Below, one piece after another: positions 59,601 through 64,000 of a stretch of DNA of 64,000 nt. The notes under the pieces were generated by a model. The model ran no database searches, was not told the DNA's origin, and was given only the letters and a program-made list of their open reading frames with translations. The stretch is from assembly GCA_945861645.1 (NCBI GenBank), contig CAMAVZ010000001.1, positions 64,001 through 128,000 on the forward strand. The letters run 5' to 3'. The stretch comes from Opitutus sp. GAS368. GTDB lineage: Bacteria > Verrucomicrobiota > Verrucomicrobiia > Opitutales > Opitutaceae. The position numbers and the translations under genes were made by a program. Numbering within the stretch: the stretch's first letter is position 1; each line of letters begins with the position of its first letter.

Positions 59601-60512
59601 TTATTGTGAACCTAAACCTTGTATTAAAGCGGCGAGCTGGGCGGATTCGGCGGCGGTTAAATCAACTAAAGGCGGTCGCACTGGTCCGGCGTCGTGGCCG
59701 ACAATCCGCGCGCCCGCTTTAATGATGCTCACCGCATAGCCGGGCATCCGATTGCGGATAGCTAAAAATGGGAGGAAAAATTGGTCCAGCAGTCGTCCCA
59801 TCGTGACGTGATCATCCGTCGAGACGGCCCGATAAAAATCCATCGCAGTTTTGGGAATGAAATTAAATACTGCCGAGGAATACACTGGCACGCCGAGCGC
59901 TTTGTAGGCCGCTGCATAAACTTCGGCCGTGGGCAAACCGCCGAGATAAGCGAAACGATCACCGAGTTTACGTCGAATCGTTACCATGAGCTCAATCTCG
60001 CCCAAGCCATCCTTGAAGCCGATTAAATTGGGGCAGCGCTCCGCCAAGCGGACCAAGGTGTCCGCCTGCAGTCGGCACGCCCCGCGGTTGTAAATAATGA
60101 CACCTAATTTAACGGAGCGACACACGGCTTCGACATGAGCCGCCAAGCCCTCTTGCCCCGCTTCGGTCAAATAGTGGGGCAGTAACAGGATTCCCTGCGC
60201 ACCTAGCTGTTCGGCTTCTTGCGCAAAAGCCATGGCCTGACGCGTCGGTCCTCCCGCTCCGGCAATAATCGGCACCCGCGGGTGGCACGTTTTGACGGCA
60301 GTACCGACCACGGCGCGATAATCAGCCGTAGTTAAGGAAAAAAATTCCCCCGTACCGCCGGCCGCAAAAAGCACGGTCGCGCCATACGGCATGAGCCACT
60401 CTAACCGTCGGGTATAAGTCTCCGCGCAAAAATCGCCCGCGGCATCAAAGTCCGTGATGGGAAAAGACAGCAATCCGGCGGCCATCGTTTTTTTCAATTC
60501 AGCAGGATTCAT
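59601..60512 (-). CDS. kdgD: 5-dehydro-4-deoxyglucarate dehydratase (DHDPS family)
   Basis: [38 protein letters not shown]. Confidence 0.93.
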   Translation of the reverse strand: MNPAELKKTMAAGLLSFPITDFDAAGDFCAETYTRRLEWLMPYGATVLFAAGGTGEFFSLTTADYRAVVGTAVKTCHPRVPIIAGAGGPTRQAMAFAQEAEQLGAQGILLLPHYLTEAGQEGLAAHVEAVCRSVKLGVIIYNRGACRLQADTLVRLAERCPNLIGFKDGLGEIELMVTIRRKLGDRFAYLGGLPTAEVYAAAYKALGVPVYSSAVFNFIPKTAMDFYRAVSTDDHVTMGRLLDQFFLPFLAIRNRMPGYAVSIIKAGARIVGHDAGPVRPPLVDLTAAESAQLAALIQGLGSQ

Positions 60513-60574
60513 CTGGGGGAATGATAAGGGTTAGCCATTAAGCCCGGGCCGCTCTCAGGATAGCGCGGTCGCCA

Positions 60575-61459
60575 TTATTTTTTCTTGGGACTTGGCTTGG
60601 GGTCAAGATTCGCGGCCAGTTGGGCCGCGGTGACGCTAGACACCACGCCCGTCTGGGGCACTTCGACTTGCGCGATCCAGAGTAATGCATTCAGCACAAC
60701 TTTGCGCTGATTGTCGTTCCCCCAATTGAGATGCGTATGGCCGCCCGTGAAGCCAAAGCCGCGGCCCCCATGGGGTCGGTCATAGACCCACATCATGGTT
60801 TCCGCCCGCCCCTCGGCTTGGATGATATGGGCATAAGGTCCCTTGGGTGAAACGTAGGGGCCGCCCCGCACAGTCGTCGAGGGCTGGGCGGTCAGGATCG
60901 GCGTGAGGCCTTGCGAATTTTCGGGCCAGCGCAGGTTGAAATACCATTCATCGCGGTTGCTGAAAGGTTGGACCCCGCGGGCGACGGGATGGTCGGGGAA
61001 ATGCTGATAATCAGGCGACCACATGGGATTACAGGAATAGTTCGTTTCGTAGTAGCCGCCGATCCATTGCAGAAATTCTGGCCCGCCATTTTTTGCCGGG
61101 ATCTCGACGCCGTAGTGCATGAAGCCGAGGCCGACGCCTTTTTGTGCGAGGGCACGGAGAATCTCGCGGCGATCAGCTTGAATGGCGGGATGCTTATCGC
61201 CGCCGTCGCAGTAAAGCACCACCGCATCCGCGCCGTCGAAGGCGTCGGGCGCCTCCGGCCAGCCATTGCGATGCACCGTTGTTTTTACGCCCGGAGTATT
61301 GGCCAAGCATTGTTGCAAGAGCAGCAGACCGGCATGAAATTCATGCATGCCAGGCGGATGGCTAGGCTTACCGGCAATGAGCACGATGTGTTTATCCGCG
61401 GCGGGGAGCAGCCCAGTCGGCAGGAGGATGGCCGCGAGGAGAAACAGTAGATTCTTCAT
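60575..61459 (-). CDS. ThuA-domain secreted protein
   Basis: Signal peptide; G.PSH..G.HE, HP..RGV, DEWY, GFTGGH. Confidence 0.85.
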   Translation of the reverse strand: MKNLLFLLAAILLPTGLLPAADKHIVLIAGKPSHPPGMHEFHAGLLLLQQCLANTPGVKTTVHRNGWPEAPDAFDGADAVVLYCDGGDKHPAIQADRREILRALAQKGVGLGFMHYGVEIPAKNGGPEFLQWIGGYYETNYSCNPMWSPDYQHFPDHPVARGVQPFSNRDEWYFNLRWPENSQGLTPILTAQPSTTVRGGPYVSPKGPYAHIIQAEGRAETMMWVYDRPHGGRGFGFTGGHTHLNWGNDNQRKVVLNALLWIAQVEVPQTGVVSSVTAAQLAANLDPKPSPKKK

Positions 61460-61506
61460 GGGGTTAGTCGTAAAATTACCGTAGGCTCGCCGGTCGCCTT
61501 CGAGAT

Positions 61507-62442
61507 CTACCTGGAAGCAGCGGCAGGCATAGGACTCGCCGGTTTGGGGCTTGGGGTGAACGGTTGATTGATCATCGCGCGAGGGGCGACCTGCCGTAAA
61601 TTCGGACTCATGTTAGTGGCGGGGGCATCACCGAGGGCCCACTTGAGGCCGCCGGTCAAAATTTGCTGAAAGATAGTATTAGTCCAGATGTCCTCGCGGT
61701 GGCCCATCGCGGTGTACCAGACGCGCCCTTGGCCTTCATAGCGGGCCCAAGTATTGGGAAAAGGGGGCCGTTGGTAATCATCGCCCTCGAGGGCGGGATC
61801 ATTGAAGACGGTGAGCACATGCAGATCAGCGGCGAAATCTTTCAGTGAATACCACTCCTCCATTAAACTATATTCAGTCCCCACATTTTCAAAGCCGGGG
61901 AAGCTGGGATCGATGACTTGATTGCGGCCGACTTGCTGTTTGCCGTGGCGAATGAATTCCGCCCCGATAAAATGGACATAAGCATCCGCCTGCGCCCCAT
62001 GATTAGCAAAACGATCGGGCCCTTTGCCGGCCTCATTGCCCGTGTGAAAGGTGTCGGTCGCGGAGTGCGTACCGACAAAGCCTTTGCCGCTGCGCACAAA
62101 ATCAAAAAGCGCTTGCTTGCCGGCGAGGGACATCGGCGGGTTTTTATCAGTGCCTTCCGCGCAAAGATCGCCCGTGGTGTAAAACATCACGGCGTCAAAT
62201 TGCGCCAAGTAAGTGGGGGAAAATTTGGAACCATTTTTAGAGAAAACAAATTCCCAATTGTTCGCTGCGCCCAGGGCGAGCAGTTGCTTTTCCGCAAAAC
62301 TGGGCGAGCCGTCTTTGTAAGAGATTACGGCATGCTCGTAGCCGGATGATTTAGTGAAAAAAAGAATTTTGCGCGCCGGATGATTCGCGGCGAAACAAGC
62401 AGCGGCGTAGGTGGCGACGAGCAGGCAGAGCAGTGAGCGCAT
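61507..62442 (-). CDS. ThuA-domain secreted protein
   Basis: FTKSSGYEH, GFVGTHSA.D, EEWY, GRVWYTAMGH. Confidence 0.85.
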   Translation of the reverse strand: MRSLLCLLVATYAAACFAANHPARKILFFTKSSGYEHAVISYKDGSPSFAEKQLLALGAANNWEFVFSKNGSKFSPTYLAQFDAVMFYTTGDLCAEGTDKNPPMSLAGKQALFDFVRSGKGFVGTHSATDTFHTGNEAGKGPDRFANHGAQADAYVHFIGAEFIRHGKQQVGRNQVIDPSFPGFENVGTEYSLMEEWYSLKDFAADLHVLTVFNDPALEGDDYQRPPFPNTWARYEGQGRVWYTAMGHREDIWTNTIFQQILTGGLKWALGDAPATNMSPNLRQVAPRAMINQPFTPSPKPASPMPAAASR

Positions 62443-62494
62443 GGGTAGGGGGGATTAATAAAAAAGAGGCTAATTTCTCAGCGTCGTGATCGCG

Positions 62495-63535
62495 TTAATT
62501 TTTGGCCCCGCCGGCATGAGGGGTGGAGGGTGCATGATCGTGCGCATAATGCTCGGCTAACATATCGCGGGCGAAATCGCCGGTAAAATTGCGCCACACG
62601 GTATGAATATGATTGGCGTTGTTTTGCGTGTTGTCGAATTCGATGACGAAGGTCTTGCCCTGGATGCGATAGTAGTGTCCGGCCCGGCGGTCGAGTACTC
62701 CGGCCCAAGCGAAATGGATGCCATCAAGATCGGCGGTGGCGAGTGCGGGGGCGGCGATTGCTGTTCGGTAACGATCAAAATAAAGCTGGAGTAAGGCGCG
62801 GAGTTGTTGGCGTTGAGTGGGGGTCAGGGCCGTGGCTGCCAGACCGAGGGGAGCCAGGGGCTCGACGCGCACTCGGTTGCCAGTCGCGATGTCATGCGGG
62901 GCGGTGGCGGCGATCACGGCGCTCGCTCGCTGGGTCGCATCAAGCGAATTGACGAATTCTAGGGCCAGATCCTCTTCGGCTGCTAGCACACGCGTACCGA
63001 GTTGTGGGCCCGTGCGGACTTCAGCCGGATTGGTGCCAAAAAATGAGGGGGTGACGACGATATGCTCAGCATCAGGGATCGTGAAATTGAGCGACAGATG
63101 ATGGCCTTCAAAGCGCCAACCCCAGGGCGGGTGCCCGGGGTCGCTAAAAAGTGTCACATAGTAAAGAGTCGGATCGCGGCGAAGGGGATCATGCTCCATC
63201 TCGCGGAGTACATTTTCGAGGGTGATAATCGTCTCCGCCTGCAGCGATCCGCGCTGACTTAGACCGGAACGCAAGAGGGTGTGCGCGAGTTCTTGCTGGG
63301 CAAGGGTCATGTCTTTGAGCGGTAAACCGAGCCGTTTGGCAGGCACAAAAGACCAGTGCGTGCGCTCAGGGGCCGTGAGGGGAAAGATGGTGCGCGTTCG
63401 TTGCGCTGGGTCGAGGGCGGTCAGAAAATTCTGGGCAGCCGTGGCCATCGCGCTGCTCGCGTCGTGTCCACGCAGAGCAATGACCGTTGATAGCATCGCG
63501 CCAATAGCGAGGCCGCGGTGGAGGGTAAGGCGCAT
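62495..63535 (-). CDS. DUF3500 family protein
   Basis: WSFVP, WGWRFEGHHLSLNF, TPSFFG, YYRIQG, NHIHTVWR..GDF. Confidence 0.88.
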   Translation of the reverse strand: MRLTLHRGLAIGAMLSTVIALRGHDASSAMATAAQNFLTALDPAQRTRTIFPLTAPERTHWSFVPAKRLGLPLKDMTLAQQELAHTLLRSGLSQRGSLQAETIITLENVLREMEHDPLRRDPTLYYVTLFSDPGHPPWGWRFEGHHLSLNFTIPDAEHIVVTPSFFGTNPAEVRTGPQLGTRVLAAEEDLALEFVNSLDATQRASAVIAATAPHDIATGNRVRVEPLAPLGLAATALTPTQRQQLRALLQLYFDRYRTAIAAPALATADLDGIHFAWAGVLDRRAGHYYRIQGKTFVIEFDNTQNNANHIHTVWRNFTGDFARDMLAEHYAHDHAPSTPHAGGAKN

Positions 63536-63703
63536 GGAGCGAGATTCCTGAAAGCTGACTCGGCGGCAAGGGAGGAAATACCGCCAGGCCAGGCCTCCTT
63601 TAGCATTTATTACATGGGGCGGGCGCACGGCTTGGGGCGTTTAGCTGAGGCGCGCCTTGCTATTGCGCATCAAGAAAAACCAACTCTGAGATCGGTGCCC
63701 CGC

Positions 63704-64000
63704 TCAGGTGGTCAGGCCAAGCAGGCCGCGGGTAAGTTGGAAATCGACGAAGCCCTGAGCGTTTGAAGCGGTGAGGCGATCGCTCTGCGCGGTGGCAATG
63801 ATTATGCGCATCAGATCAGCTACATCCGCCGCCGAGTTACCGCTGAGAAAGAGATCGATGTCATCAGCGGGGATGATGCCGCGTTGCGAGGGTTCAGCCC
63901 CTTGGATGACGGGCAACAAGGGATGGCCCTGCTGGGCGTGGGCGTGGGCGATACTGAGGCCGAGATGGGCGCCATTACCACCGAAGCCGGTGAGATTTTC
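63704..64000 (-). CDS. 3' end of a probable UxaA/GarD-family sugar-acid dehydratase (runs off the window)
   Basis: Open from the window edge: ENLTGFGGNGAH..GHPLLPVIQ..DDIDL..GFVDFQLTRG. Confidence 0.55.
   Translation of the reverse strand, partial: ENLTGFGGNGAHLGLSIAHAHAQQGHPLLPVIQGAEPSQRGIIPADDIDLFLSGNSAADVADLMRIIIATAQSDRLTASNAQGFVDFQLTRGLLGLTT

Overview
This is ordinary, GC-rich bacterial chromosome, most likely from Verrucomicrobiota (Opitutales-like). The assignment is inferred from the PVC small basic protein, a PSCyt/PSD1 + DUF1501 pair, a tandem-fused UvrA and a PVC-type L28. About 60 CDS are supported. Housekeeping genes include lipA, def, mnmA, gap-pgk-tpiA, ispA, murJ, rpmB, tsaD, uvrA, lpdA, pfp, rpoZ-smpB-thrB and tRNA-Arg(CCG). 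There are also phosphate, sulfate and B12 scavenging genes, a small light/DNA-repair cassette (FeS-type photolyase, DUF2256, renalase-like) with apparently reversed GC skew, and several sugar and sugar-acid catabolic clusters. I found no CRISPR array, IS element, integrase or prophage. The strongest novelty candidate is the pair at 10.1-13.2 kb. Gene A is a large membrane protein ending in an ExbB/TolQ/MotA-like 3-TM module. Gene B starts with an Asp-containing ExbD/MotB-like TM, followed by a long coiled coil and a catalytically degenerate trypsin-like domain, so the pair may be an uncharacterised ion-driven motor. All calls come from motif recognition by eye; no searches were run.
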